Assembly: GCA_051294375.1 (NCBI GenBank) | Contig: CM119270.1 | Location: 8,543,213 to 8,607,212 of the forward strand | DNA: 64,000 bases | Direction of reading: 5' to 3' | Source of the DNA: Paraspadella gotoi | Taxonomy: Eukaryota; Animalia; Chaetognatha | Part shown: positions 13,447 to 31,100 of the stretch, piece after piece | Layout: each line of letters starts with the position of its first letter | How positions within the stretch are numbered: position 1 is the stretch's first letter | The notes under the pieces: generated by a model | Database searches by the model: none | What the model was told of the DNA's origin: nothing | What the model saw: only the letters and a program-made list of their open reading frames with translations | Position numbers and translations under genes: made by a program

Positions 13447-16400
13447 ATGTCTCGTCCACCAAAGCGAGGAGCAATTCCGACGTCGCCGCCGACGCAACCG
13501 ACAGACTCGCCAGAAATCCAAACAATAAAAATCAAAGGCTTTCCGGTGAGTGTAGCATCGTTGAACATTAACTATATATTTAGAAAAATTAAAAATTAAT
13601 TATCAGAATCTTCCTCATATTGTTTCTCTTTTCAGCTAAAGCGCCCTCTAATTTTTTTCTCTCTTTTTTTCTCTTCCTCTTTTTCTTTTTTTCAATCTAG
13701 ATTCAAAAATGCGTGATTTAGACGATAAGGATTTTTTTTTCAGAACACTTTTCGATTTCTAACCTTACTTTTTGCAACCAGATATCATATGCAATTATTA
13801 GATTAAAAGAAAAGAAAAATAAATTATATCATTCAAAGTATCTTTCATGTTCATGTAAACAAATTCTGCATTAGATTTTCCAATTTCTCAAAAGTTTTCT
13901 CAGCTCATGCAGACATTGGTCTTGAATAAGACAAAGTCGAAAGCCTCGCGACATCGAGGAGCAAGAATTCAATAAAGGATTATTGAAAAAAAAAAAGAAA
14001 AAAGAAAGAAAAAATGAAGGGCAACGAACTCTTCTTTCTGTTTTGTGATGGAAAGAATTTGGAAGATACAGAAAGGCAGAAATATTGGAGTTGCTGAACG
14101 ATAAATAGATAGTTAGATAATAAAGGGAGAAAACTGATACAGAAAGACTGAAAAAGAAAGAAAAAAAAAGAAAGGAGAAAATTTAAAAAAAGAACCCACG
14201 CAATATTCGCGGAAGCGATAAACTGGATTGTTTGCCGAAGATTCTGTCACTTTTTTTCGTTTTTTTCTCCAAACAAATTCTCCGATATTTCAAAATACTA
14301 AATTAGTAAAATAAAATCAATTTGTTTTATAAATTCGTTAAATTTAGATATTTTTTATGCTTTAGGTCACGATGACATCTCGAACAAAACCTCTTATGTT
14401 TTTAAAAGATCGTTTATCTATCGAAAAGATCTTATAGCGTCCAAATTCGTTTTTTTTCATGTTTTTTTTTTTTTTTTGGTCCTGCATCAAAGAATCCGTC
14501 AAAGAACAGATTTTCAAATCTGGAAAAAATAACTACTGGAGATTAAACTTCAACAAATTTATTGTTTTATTTGAATATATTTTCAGGTTGATATTTTAAA
14601 TATGTTTAAATATGTTTAAATATGTTGTATGACAAAAAATTTATGGTTAGATTAAAATTATCATTTTTTTAAAGATATAAAGTATTGCAGTTGGTGACCG
14701 TACTTGTTTTGCATACTTGCAAACCGACAAGACTTTATATTAAAAGTTTTTGCGCTTTTACAGTTTAATCAGGGCGATATGGAGGAAGAATCAGTACAAG
14801 AATCATCAATAGTTAAAAGTAAGATAATGGGCACTATCTTCTGAAAGTGCCCCAATTCGTCCCTGAATTTAATTTTTCTCCGCGCCCTGTGTATAAGGAG
14901 TAATAAAAAGTTCGAATAAATGGCAACGGGTTAGAAAAAAAGAGAAAATGAATACATTTTCGGAATTGTCAAAAGATCTACTTTCTAAATATCTGCTTTG
15001 TTTCAGTGTATTTCGGAGTTTAAATTTAGTGATCGCTTGCCTTAAGCGAAATATCCTTTATTTATTAGCCGATTTTAAAAACGTACGAGGTTTCGTTCGA
15101 GATGCCAAACACAATGCTGTTTCCACGATACAGATTTTTATCCATTTTTTAAAATTTTACATCCTTCTATTATATAGTAGCAACCTAACATAAATATATA
15201 AATATAATTAATAAAAAAATTCAGGGGTGGCCTTCGACATCGTCCTCAAGCCGGCGTCGTCCCCCTCGCCACCCAAATCTAAGGCGCTGTCTCCGCTCTG
15301 GGGCGGCGGCGTCGCCGAGACGCTCGACAACCGCGCCGCCGCAGCTGACGCCGCTATGCGCGCCTCTGAAGTAGAGCGGCGTCCCGGCGCCGGGAATCGC
15401 AGATCCAGACCGATTTCTGCCGAAATCATCGACTGCAAGTTGAAGGCGGCGGAAGAGAGGAGAATGGTGAGGAAGAGGAGGAAGAGTGGGACGAGGGGGG
15501 GAGGGGGGGAGGTTGTGGAGAAATGAATGGGGAGATGGGGTGAGAAAGAAAAAATAATTAAAATTTAAAAACATGGAATGTATACGTTATTTTACGTTCC
15601 ACCATTTTTATGACTAAATATGTAATTACTTGAACAATGAACATCTTGAAAGAGTACACAAAAATGATTTTAAATCTCGCTTAAATCCCTGTCTACTTAC
15701 TTAAATCATGAATTGGGTTATTAAAAAAAATTACTAATCTTATTAATATTCCTCCCACGCGAAAGGCGTAATTTTTCATGAATTCAATTATAATGGCCAA
15801 AAGCAACACAAATGAGAACATGTGTATGTATAACAATATATCCTTATATTTTAAAACAGAACCTGGAACTTGACCGACTGAACCTCCTTGCCGAGCAGCG
15901 AGAGCGCGCCCGTGACGCCGTGGCTCGCATGGTAGAGGAGCACGCCTCTTGGTCGCGCGCCGCCGCTGAGCGCCACTCCGCCAAAATGGAGATGATGGAA
16001 GGAAATCGGATGGAGCAATTGGCTTCGTTGCAGGAGCGACTGCGTGAGCACGTGAGTTGGTGGAGTGGAGTCGTTTTGGTTGTTATTTAATGGTTGCCAT
16101 TTTGCTAATGTAATTGAAAAACTATTTAGGCCATTATTGGTTTATGAGGCTCATTTTAAAACTTTTACAAATCTTGACCAAAGTTATTCTAACAAAAGTA
16201 TAAAATATACATAGTATCTAAAACTTGGCATCGATATTAAATTTGATCCTTACATCTCCTTCCCCCCCATTCCTCGGCTTCTCAGGAGCAGCACATAGAA
16301 AACGTGCGAAAGGCGTCAGAGTTTTACGCGCAGATGGTTGAGACGCGAGTCGCGAGGAAGATGGAGGAGGCAGAACAAAAGAGGGAGGAGCATAAGAGGG

Positions 16401-16720
16401 AGAAGTTGAAAAAACTAGCAGAACACGTGAGTAGAGAAGGAATTATCGAATTCTTGTAAACATACGACGTATCAATATTTTTTTTAAATTGAAAATAATT
16501 ATTTTAATGAATAAGTATTGCTTTTTTTTTTCTTAAAAGGAACGTCATTGTGAAGAAGTGAGAAGAAACAAAGAAAAATTGGAAGAGTCTCGACAATTGA
16601 GTCCACTCGATGTTCCTATGAAATCGTCACAGGTAATACAAAAAAACAAGATAACATTTCATTAACGACGACATGATGAAAATTCTTTACCTTTGTTTTT
16701 TACAGGAAGTTTCTGGCTGA
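13447..16720 (+). CDS. Stathmin-family microtubule-destabilising protein, ~275 aa, 7 coding exons (13447-13545 tentative, 14773-14818, 15225-15466, 15860-16051, 16286-16426, 16540-16632, 16706-16720)
   Basis: GT-AG exons join in frame: ...VKRVAFDIVLKPASSPSPPK...ISAEIIDCKLKAAEERRM|NLELDRLNLLAEQRERARDAV...KMEMMEGNRMEQLASLQERLREH|EQHIENV...KMEEAEQKREEH...LAEH|ERHCEEVRRNKE...|EVSG*. This matches the stathmin motifs AFE(L/I)IL, SPPK, KLEAAEERR and KME..ENR. The first exon is the least certain. Confidence 0.88.
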
Positions 16721-19594
16721 GGAAAAATAAGAATTTCGACCAAATAATGAAATGCTGTATATACATATTGTCCTTCAAATCCGATTGACATCGCGTTCCC
16801 GAAACTTCCTATTTTTACAAAAAGAGTTTTCAAAACTTTTGAGTTGAAGACATATACAATTTAATTAACGAGCTTGATATTATTAATTTCGTCACTTAAA
16901 GATTTATGATTAAATTTATGTTTTAACTTAGTCTTGTATGTCACAAAGTCCGAAAAAATCTGAAACAATTAGCAACATACGATAAGAAAATTGTCAAATC
17001 TGGTCTCTTTCGGGATTATACGTAGAAAAAAATTCGACCGTAGTCAATTTTAATCTGACCTAAATTATATTTTCTTACATATTTTGTTCATTTTTCTAGC
17101 GAATACCAAGAATATTTATCATCAGAGTCAGAGAGGGACTGTGACCTATTTTTTGAGTACTGCTTTGACATACTCTTAAATATATCTGGCTCTGCTTTTG
17201 CGCATTAGGGGCACCAAGTCCATTAGCTTCCTTCGCTGTGAAATGTTTTTATTCTTTTCAAATTTCAATACTCCCTTCTATCCCTCCAATTCTTTTCTCC
17301 CCCAAAGTTCCCTTTGTGATGCTTTTTATTTGATTCGTCGAACCGGCTTGCTTAAATCTAGTCAAAGAAGACCGCTTAATGTTTCAATTTTTATTTTGTA
17401 ACACAGTCAAAATATAATATTCGGGCGGATTTCCAAAATAGCCATGCCTTTTATTCTCATATCACTGTACCTTTCACTCAAATTTTTGGTGCTGCTTCTT
17501 TCATTATGTCACCCGGAGTATAGAAAAAATAGTACGATATTCACAATTACCGTCCTAATTTCAAACGCTTTTTTGACTTAAAAATTTTAATAAAAAATAA
17601 ATTTTCCTGTTTAAAAAAAAAATTGATTGATTCATACTTTTTTCGTTCTTTCGCCCTCTGGGATAAAATAATTTTCCGTAATTTGAACGTATCAAAAACC
17701 AACTTAGAAAAGAAATATCAACAATTTTTGACATTATTCTGACTAAAAAGATATTATTGAACCTTTCAAAAAACAGCTTAAATAAGAAGTTGAATAGACA
17801 AAAGTAAAACTCCTTGTGAGTGCTCTCAATTGGTAATCTATTGGCCATTTTTTAGCCCCCTTGTAAATGAACTTTGACAAATAACATTGCCTCAGAATGG
17901 CATGTATTTTGACGTAGTTAATTCAAAGAGTTAAATTTCGGCAATTCCTCCTTAAATATTACAATTTACGTTGATTTATATGAGAGCATTGAGTAACAGT
18001 ATTTTTTAACCTTACTGAAAATATATTAATGTGTACATTAATTGTATGACACTATGCATACGTTGCTTATAATTTTCTTTTAAAAATTCAATGCCAAATC
18101 TATCATCTGTGAACCCCCGAGAAAAAATGTTATTAGTAATAAATGGTATCTCTGAATGCCAATAAATTGTAGATTTTACTGAATTCTAAACTGAATGTGC
18201 TCAAATTCATTGCTTGTTTTAATGATTAACAGTTTGCTCTCCTTAATTAATAGCTACTGTAATTTAATTTTTCAGCAAAATGAAATGGATGGTCATTACT
18301 GTTTAGCAGAAAGACTTCCCAAAACAAGCGACTCATATTTTTTTTAACAGGTTTCTAAAGTTTAAAATACAAAAATAAGGTTTCTAGAATTTAAAAAAAA
18401 ATCGTTTTAATTTGTTTGCAAATTTATTTTTATTAGAAACGCAGGTTGTTTTTTAATTGTAGATGACTTGTATCGTTTTCTTAATCTTAATTAATTTGAA
18501 AAATTTGTATCAATAATTCTTAACCAAAATCATAGTTATGAGTGATGAAATATTTAAATCCTGCAGTATTGTATTGCATTAGTAAAGTGTGAAAAATGTA
18601 TCATGTGATTTTCTTTTCTGCAAATAAAAAAATTGCTTTTTGTCTTTATTTTGACGCCTTAATTAAAAATAAAGAAAAACATTTTATTAGTAACTTGACA
18701 GTTGACATTACGTATTCTGTAATAATCATTTTTTCGCAAAATGAGAAAAGGCAGAAAGAAAGTGTCGAATTAAATTCTAAAATTGTCTATCGATAATACG
18801 CAATTGCGCATGCAAAAGTTTTCAAAATAAACTCGATTTTATGGCGACCATAATTTACAAATAAACTGAGAAGGATAGTTTATCGCAATTGTAAACGCCC
18901 ATGGTGCGTGGTAAGCATTCGAGGCTGCGTCCCGTCAGTAGTTGCCACCACGCACAGCGCTTTTCTTTAATACTGTGTCAGTTTGCCAACCAAGGTCAGG
19001 GAGGGTTTCCAAAGGACCGTCGGTTTTAAACCCACAACGTTTGGTCGGAATGTTGCGTCAGCCCCGTAAACCAATACGCCATAAACGAGACAGGACGTCG
19101 GTTTTATACTCTACAAATCCTATTTTTCGCTGTATCTCCATGTTTTTAACAGTAGTTAGGTACAGTAGTCAGTAGGTTTTAAAAACGTATTGTCGAATGT
19201 TTGGACTCTATGAAGTAAAATCTAGTACGTCTTACACCCCATTATGCATCGCCGTAATGGAACGAGTTATATCATGACGCGGCCGAATAATAAAAACACA
19301 TCGATTTTCAGTTCAAGATTTTATTTGATTTGCATGACAGAATGAGTTATCTGCAATTCTGCATATCATCAATTCGTATTTTTTTAAATATGATTATTAC
19401 GCATCTTTGTAAACCTAAAATCGTCTACAGAATTTACTAAAAAAAGGTGATTAAAAAGTAGTAAAATGTGTTATTCTTACTTACTATATAATAACCTTTT
19501 TGTCTCTTAACCTTAACCTTAACCTTAACCTTAATTATTACTACTTTGTAAAGTTCTTTACAACCGAGTTTATCCGTTTCTCTCTCTCTCCTTC

Positions 19595-22975
<3,381 letters not shown>

Positions 22976-23455
22976 TTTTCAGTGTTTAGTGATTCTCTTA
23001 ACTCGATCAGGAACGACGTACAAAACGGAAAAGTTTCTCGAAAGATTTTAGATTAAAAAAAAACTTTTTTCAAGTAAGTTCCTACGTCCGATTACGAGGG
23101 TAGAAGCTTGCTGTAAAGAAGATTTTTTCTCTTTCTTTGTTTACCCGTCGTCAGGAAATAGAGGACGATTTTGTGGGCTTTGCCTTTGTTTCGTGATATT
23201 TCCTAATGTTAATAGGGAATGATAGGCAGGGACAGAATATCTATTATCTAAGGTTAGGTTATTTGCCACGTAAAAGATACAACGTGTAATTACGCATTGT
23301 TTCATGTCAATTATCGATGTCTCTTTTCAAAGAGACAAAACTCAATAATTCTTTGATTTTGATTTACTTCTTTTTTATGTTTGTTTTTCTTTCTTTTTGC
23401 CTTTATTATATTAACTTTGCTTGATTTCTTTCTTTCTCTCTCTCTTTTTTCTTTG

Positions 23456-23566
<111 letters not shown>

Positions 23567-25159
23567 CGACGTCTATTAACCTTGGCTCTTTGGGCGTCAA
23601 CAAGAATGAAGAAACCAACAACGACGCCCATCAACTTCGGGTGTCGATTTAAAGTTTAACGAGACTTTGTGTTTTTTTTTCCTTCTTTTTATTTTTAATA
23701 CCAACCTTTTTATTAACTGAGGACAAGGCGACGACGACGGCGACCGCGAGAACCGGTTCCTTGGCGACCAGAAACGCGATCGTATTTGTCGAACGGAACG
23801 TTGAACCTCGGATTTGACAGAACCCTAACTTAATAGGAGGATATGAAGCGTGGCGGATAGGAAGCTTTTAGCAATAAACAAATGTAGGTTAGATATAATA
23901 TATATAATTGCTTAATTCACTTAAATTAGGAGCGACATCTGTTAGAACTTTTATTAAATGATCAATGACTATTCACAAAAAATAATCAAAACAGTTCAGT
24001 CACATATATTTGACTATAAAGTTGATGGAGAATCTTTGTTAAACAGAATTATAACATTGACAATATAGCTTAAATTGGTCTTTTAGGATAGACCATAGGC
24101 ACTCGATCAAATATCGCCAATTCGTTCAGTCATCTTCGCGGGGGGCGAAAACCTATAGCCTTCCCGTTTAACTGTGTGGGTGCGGGTTCGCGTCTGTGTG
24201 GCTTAGTATGGGTGTGACTATGGCCTGCTACCAATGAGTGAAAAGGCTATTTTAAAAAAGAGAAACTCGCCGCAGATTAAAAATCATTCAAATGATATGT
24301 TTGTAAATGAATTCAAAGTCTCACAAAATATATATATAAAATATTGTATATATACATATTGAATAAATATATCCGTCCTCAATATCCGGCCTGACGGTCA
24401 ACTCTCGATCAATCGACGATGACGACAAACGCAGAATGACGACAACGACGACGGCGACGACGACGGCGACGACGACCGCGAAAACGTCAACACCCTTTCT
24501 TCCCGGTTTCGGTGTCGCCGTATTTTCTAGGGCGTAGACAATTAAATATTGTGTTGCCTTTTTTTTTCTCGCCCAGATCGAATGAAAAACGAAAAAAAAA
24601 GTATATAATAATGCTAATTTTATACACAAACAAAATGAAAAAAGAAACTTATAAATTTTCGTGATTTGGACTACGTCGTATTGCACGGTCGAAGTCAATG
24701 TTTGCCTATATATCAGTAAAATTTATTTTATTTTAAAAATTGAACAGTTTCATATGCTAGTTAATACACTTTTTTAATAAAAAAACAAAAACAAACTTTA
24801 AAATTGATTCAAAGAATTCTAAACCATTCTTATAAGTAAAATTTAAGATAAAAAAATAAAATAAATAACAAAAAGTTGTAAAGGTGAAAGAGAAAATTAA
24901 ATACCATATAATAATTGTACACTGAACACAGATTTCAAATTTCTACAAAATTTCATTTATTCTATGCCACTGTTTTATAATATGGATTTTCTTAAATATG
25001 TAACATTTTTACAAAGTTACTTTAAACATAGCGTCAAATTTTTAATTTGATTGTTCTGAAATCATGACCTCGATCGTGCAATGCGTCCTTAATCAAGCGC
25101 GGGAAAGGGGATCGCCCCAACCGGATTAAAATCTATTGGTCGGAGGTCAAAACAATAAA

Positions 25160-28100
25160 ATGAAGGGATTTCTAACGTTTTTGGGATTTGTAATATCCCT
25201 CCTCTCTTTAACGAGTGGCTTCTCATTGGGAGGTAAATATTTTAATGTTTTAATGTAATACTATATGTACTGGTTATTCTATCAAAATATACAACATCAA
25301 AAACAGTCAGAAGTAAATCGCGAATTAACCCGCGGGCTCTCATCTCTTGGAGCTATTTCACAATCCACATAGCGTTTTTCACGAACATTTTTATAGTTAG
25401 ATTGTTCAATGTTCAGGATGAAATGTGAAAAATAATTTTTTCCTTTTTTTTTCTCATGACTAAAGAACAAAGAGAGGAGATACTTCGTGAAATAAGGGTA
25501 AGTATTACAATTTGCAGAAACGTAATCGAATTCACTAAATATTGATATGGTTTATCAAGATAAGAATAACCTATGTATTCTATTTCATACTTTAATATTA
25601 TCATAATTTAATATTATCAGAAAATAAAACTAGTATCTTACTCTCCCTTCCCGCAATTTCCCTTCCACGACTCAACTTACTTGAAACACTTAACATTTTC
25701 TTCTCACTGATACTTTTAATTTCGACAAACTTACTCCATAATTTCAGCTTGCCCTCGAACGACAAGTTGACCCTTCAGATCGCACATCACAACCTAGTCC
25801 AAGTAGTCCTAGTATCGCACCAACTGCGAGCGCTACTACATTAAGTGACGGAAAAAACATACAACCGTCAAAAAGCTCCTTCACGCCTTCAAGCATAACA
25901 CAAAATACAATTCAAGTTCACAACCCGCCAATACCTTTAGCAATGCAGTCACAAACTGTAGGTACAAGTAAAAACAAAGAAAAGTCATCTACTAGTTCCA
26001 TACAACCGTCAAAAAGCTCCTTTCCGCCTACAAGCATAACACAAAATACAATTAAAGTTCACAAACCGCTAATACCTTTAGCAATGCAGCCCCAAATTGT
26101 AGGTACAAGTAAAAACAAAGAAAAGTCATCGACTAATTCCATACAACCGTCAAAAAGCTCCTTTCCGCCTACAAGCATAACACAAAATACAATTCAAGTT
26201 CACAAACCGCTAATACCTTTAGAAATGCGGCCCCAAACCGTAGGTTCAAGTAAAAACAAAGAAAAGTCATCCACTAATTCCACGACTAGTATTGCAAACA
26301 ATTCAGGCGTAAGTGATGAAAAAAACACTTCTGCAAACACCCAACTAATTCATAACATTTTACAAACCAACCAAACTATTCCATCTATTCTAAATCAAAA
26401 CGCACAAAAATTGGTACCGAGTAATCTTCAAAGAGTGAAAAATAGCACTAATGCAAACAAGTCAGGTGCAAGTGGTAGAAACAACACTTCTGTCCCCACC
26501 CAACTGATTCATAACATTGTACAAACCAACCAATCTATGCCATCTATTCAAAACGCACCAAAGTTGGCACCTAGTAATTCTCAAAGAGTGAATAATAGCA
26601 CAAATGCAAAAAATTCAGGTGCAAGTGATGGAAAAAACACTTCTAAATCCTTAACACCTAAACCACTGATACCTAACATTTTGCAAACAACAAATGTAAA
26701 AAATTTTTCCAACCAACCGATGCAATCTAATCCAATTAAAAATGCACCAATAATGGCACCAAGTAGTTCTCCAATAGCCAATAACACGGTTACAGAACAG
26801 AAGTCTTCTCCGAATATGACAGTATTGGCTGGCGGTATGAGTTCAAGTGCAGAAAAACCCACTTCCGAATCGCCCTCTGTCAATATGACGAGTCCGGCTA
26901 CTAAATCCCAGATGAAAAGCAATAGAGATACAACCACCCCCTTACCCAAAACCATTTCTACTTTGGCAAACTCTCTCCCCACTATAAACTCGCACCCGCT
27001 CAACTCCGCCTTATCTTCCTTACCCAACTCCTCTTCGCTCGCCCCAAACGACCAGGCTGATTGTTCTCTCGTCTGCGCACCGGACCCTCCAATTGAACCT
27101 TGTCCAACAGGAAAACTTGTGCCCGATATTAAATCAATGATGAATTGCCAATGCGTTACGCGGTACGCCTGTTGCGGCAAGTGCTCTCCAACAACCAAGC
27201 CACAGTGTCAAGAAGGTAATACTTCTTTATGAGTGATAAATTGTAGTGAGATATAAAGTTGAGTTACCGTACAATTTAAAATCAAGTACACCATAAAAAA
27301 ATAATAAATAGTAACAACTTACAACTGATTTATTTTGAGTTCATGAATGCTCGATTGTTGTTTACAATTGCTCCCACGATATTTCTTTCAAGGGTTTCAT
27401 GCCATGCTGGAAAAAGACTGTTGTGGTTGCGACAAATACAAGTGCCTTGCCTGTGACGAACCTCTACCCGAAAATGAGATCTGCAAAAATGAGGTTCCAG
27501 GATGTTATGAATACGTCAAGCAGAAGTTAAGACATGACCAAACTGGATGTTGGATGTCAGGGTGTAACAGGATCAAGGGTGATGTGCCAGCGCCCAAGGT
27601 AAGTGGATGCTTTATAAATTTAAAAGAAATGGAAATTTCAGTACGCATATATTATTAATCAACAATTTCGTTCAGAAAAAACTCGTCCAAAATTAATAAA
27701 TATTATACTAATATAACTTTATTATCACTTCCAGCCCTGCGACGAAGACTGCATGGTGACCGTCACCGAGTCTAATCCCTGTGGCACCGAGTACAAAGCT
27801 TGTATCCCCTGGCGGAATGTTACGCAATGTCCCCAGAGCCATCAGCCATCAGACTTTGCCTCCCAGTGCTACGAGACGCCCACTCTAAAGGATATGGATA
27901 AATTCAAATACGCCGATGAAAATGGCAATTGCCGACCATGCCAGGCGTTAAAGTGAGTTTTAAATATGAATGGAGATTTAAGTAAGTTACAAAAACAAAG
28001 AAAATCAAGTGCTATTCATGTATTATAGGTGATTTTAGATTTTTCTGCTTTTTTTCTGACCAATTAAACTTGTCAAAAAATACCTTCCATTCTTTAATTG

Positions 28101-31100
28101 TGCATTCACTTGCCTATTAAATATCCCATTTAGCTTATGTTTTTCAATGTCTGTTTCTTTCAATATTAACTACTTATGCTTTTGTACCTCTTATTTTATC
28201 CCAAAAAATTATTTTTGTAATTATTCTTTAGCTACACTAAAAAGCCGTGCAACATGCAAGACAATCAAGTGGAAAGTCTAAACTGCTACAACTTTGCAAA
28301 CGATAAGCTGGATCAAATTTGTTACAAAAAAACAATCGGAAAAGGTATAACAGATTGATTTTTCTCATAAACTCAGAGAATGGTAGCTGGATAAACCGTT
28401 AAAAAATAACAAATAAATATGAAATTAGAATAAAAAATATATCACATTAGTTTCCGTTTTTAGCCAGAAATACTTATCGCAAATTCCGGCTCTATAATTC
28501 ACTTTGTCGGTCCAACGACTCAATATTACCAGTAAATCACTTAAATCATCTTAGAACATCAAAATATGAAAATATTTGCCAAAAAATTGATGTCCATCCA
28601 TCCATCTGGTATCTGTCTGATTGTCCGCACCTGCTTTTATCAAGTTTCAGTGGATAAAATTTTACTTAATTTTACCCTTTTTCCTTTTATATAAAATTTG
28701 AATATATGCTTCAATAATAAAAACTTTTATTATAATAACAATCACCACAACCACAACTACCATAATAACCTCTTCAAAGACCAAGGTTTTGAAGAAAATA
28801 AATATAAATATGAATAGAAATATTATAATATATAAAAAAATTGTAAGATTATTCATAACTTTCTCTGATTAGTTTCTTATCGTTAAATAATCGTAAGCAG
28901 ATCCGGCATTGTTTGCTCAAACTTGTTTTATTAAACTAATTTCCAAATTTTTGGAATCACAGATGTGTGCGGTTGTAAAACTGGAAAATGCGTCCGAGCT
29001 ATGGACTCGCCATCGCACGTAAGCTGCTTTTTCCAGTTTTTTATGTTCAAAATGTTTTTGGTGGTCGGCCTTAGCTTGTATACATATTAGGAGAAAATAG
29101 TGAAAACGGGTTCTTTCCACATCTTTATATTTTTTGCTTTATTTAAAAGATATTAGAAATTATACGGGTATTTAGATGCCAACAAATTTTTAAAAAGTTA
29201 AAAATAATTAACCTAATTTCTGAAAAGTTAAAAAGGATAATATAAAAATATGTATGATTCTAGGATAAAGCTAGTTGACTACTGTAAAGTATGTTAATCT
29301 GTTTTTTCTTTTTACATGCTGCCAGAAATTTCCGCGAGACGCCAAATGTCCTCCCGGAACCGTAAAAAAAACCGGCGTCTCTGTATGTAACTCAGAGCGA
29401 GACATTTGCGTTTTCTGCCTAGAAAAACCGATTCCTCTATGCCCAGCTCCCGGTATTTTGCGAGATGACCATGACGCCGATGGGTGTCCTAGGAAAAGGT
29501 AGAAAAGTATTTGAAGAAAAAAAAAATTTTGTAATCTTATAATATGTATTTCAACCATTTCAATTGGCTTGAAGAGAATAATTCTTGATTCTCTTCAGCA
29601 ATAAAAAGTGTCTGCAATCCAAACATTTACTAGTGGCAGTGTTTTATCTTTTCAAATAAAAAAAGACATGAAAAATTAATGTTATAATGATATGTAACTA
29701 ATTTGTTTACCTTAATTTATTTTTTAAAAAATATAATAAACTTAAATCCTTTTTCAATACAATTGTTTAGATGTGTAAAACCAATGATTCCGGCTGGAGA
29801 TTGTCCCTCAAAACTATACAAGGAGGAGGCAGGCGTATTAAAGTGCCACCAGGGTAAGATATCTTATTACAAGAAAAAAAAGTTAGCTAGAATTTAAAAG
29901 TAGCACAATTCACCAGTACTTTTTTTTTCATGTACAGTTGTAGACCTTTGTGCTGGGAATCCGTGCAAAAATGGCGGTGTATGTTTTGCCAACTCCATGG
30001 TGTTTGTATGTCTTTGTAAAAAAGGCTGGACTGGAAAACATTGTGAAAAAGGTATTCAGAGTTTAAAATTAAATATAAAAGAATGGTTGATAATAATTTT
30101 TAAGTTAAGATAAAAATATTAAAATATTAATGATGTTGGTGATATCGATAATAATGATTTTAATGATTATGATTATGTTGATCTTTGTTTATGTATATTC
30201 CTTGAAATGGTGATAAAAATTATCATGCTTTTCTCATACTCGTTAACCATATCTGATGCTTCACAGATATCGACGAGTGCTCATCTGATCCCTGTCTTAA
30301 TGGAGGGTCCTGCATCGACAAGCTTGATGGCTTTAATTGCCTATGTCCCTTGGGAATGACTGGTCGTTATTGCGAGAAAAGTGAGTCAAATTGAATAATA
30401 AAGAAAATAAGGTCTCCTGTGACGACTAAACAAAAAAAGAGTTGCTTGACTTTGTCCACTGAACTTTTTCTTTTTTCTTTTTCTTTTTTGTTCACGTTTA
30501 TTGTTGACATAAGATATTTCTGCAACCATTCCCGCAATTATTTGTTTGCTCTGTTTTCTTTTCAGAAAAGTTAAAAAAAAAAATTAAATAGTTGTATTAA
30601 AATTTAATAATCACATGATAATTTAGTAATCATTTATTGCCAAAAAACTATTTGAGAAGTAAAGTGATAACAAAATATTTTTGCTCATAAAATAATAAAA
30701 AAACAAAAAAAACACGCCAATTAAGTGACGTTCTTAAACAATGATGTGAATTAAAAGTAGACACAAGACTGGCTGAGACATGTTTCTTAAGGTGTGGACG
30801 ACTGTTCATCAAGTCCATGTGTAAATGGTGAATGCGTCGATCGACATCTCGGATACAAGTGCGTCTGCAAAACAGGGTGGAGTGGAAAATCTTGCAATAA
30901 AAGTGAGTATAGTATATGATATTTTTTTTTTAGATTGTAATTTATTTAGGCTTCAGATTATAAAGTATAATAATAGATATTGTATTTCAAATTATTTGTC
31001 AACTGTGCAATTATTCTTAGGCATTGATGATTGTAAGTCAAATCCTTGCAAAAATGGTGGAACTTGTTTGGATAAACATAATAAATTCATATGTATGTGC

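Noticed and set aside
19507-19533. Telomere-like (CCTTAA)n
   Set aside because: Only about four units in the tubulin 3' region; consistent with a chance microsatellite.
26581-27198. 205-aa minus-strand ORF
   Set aside because: Antisense shadow of the mucin-like exon.
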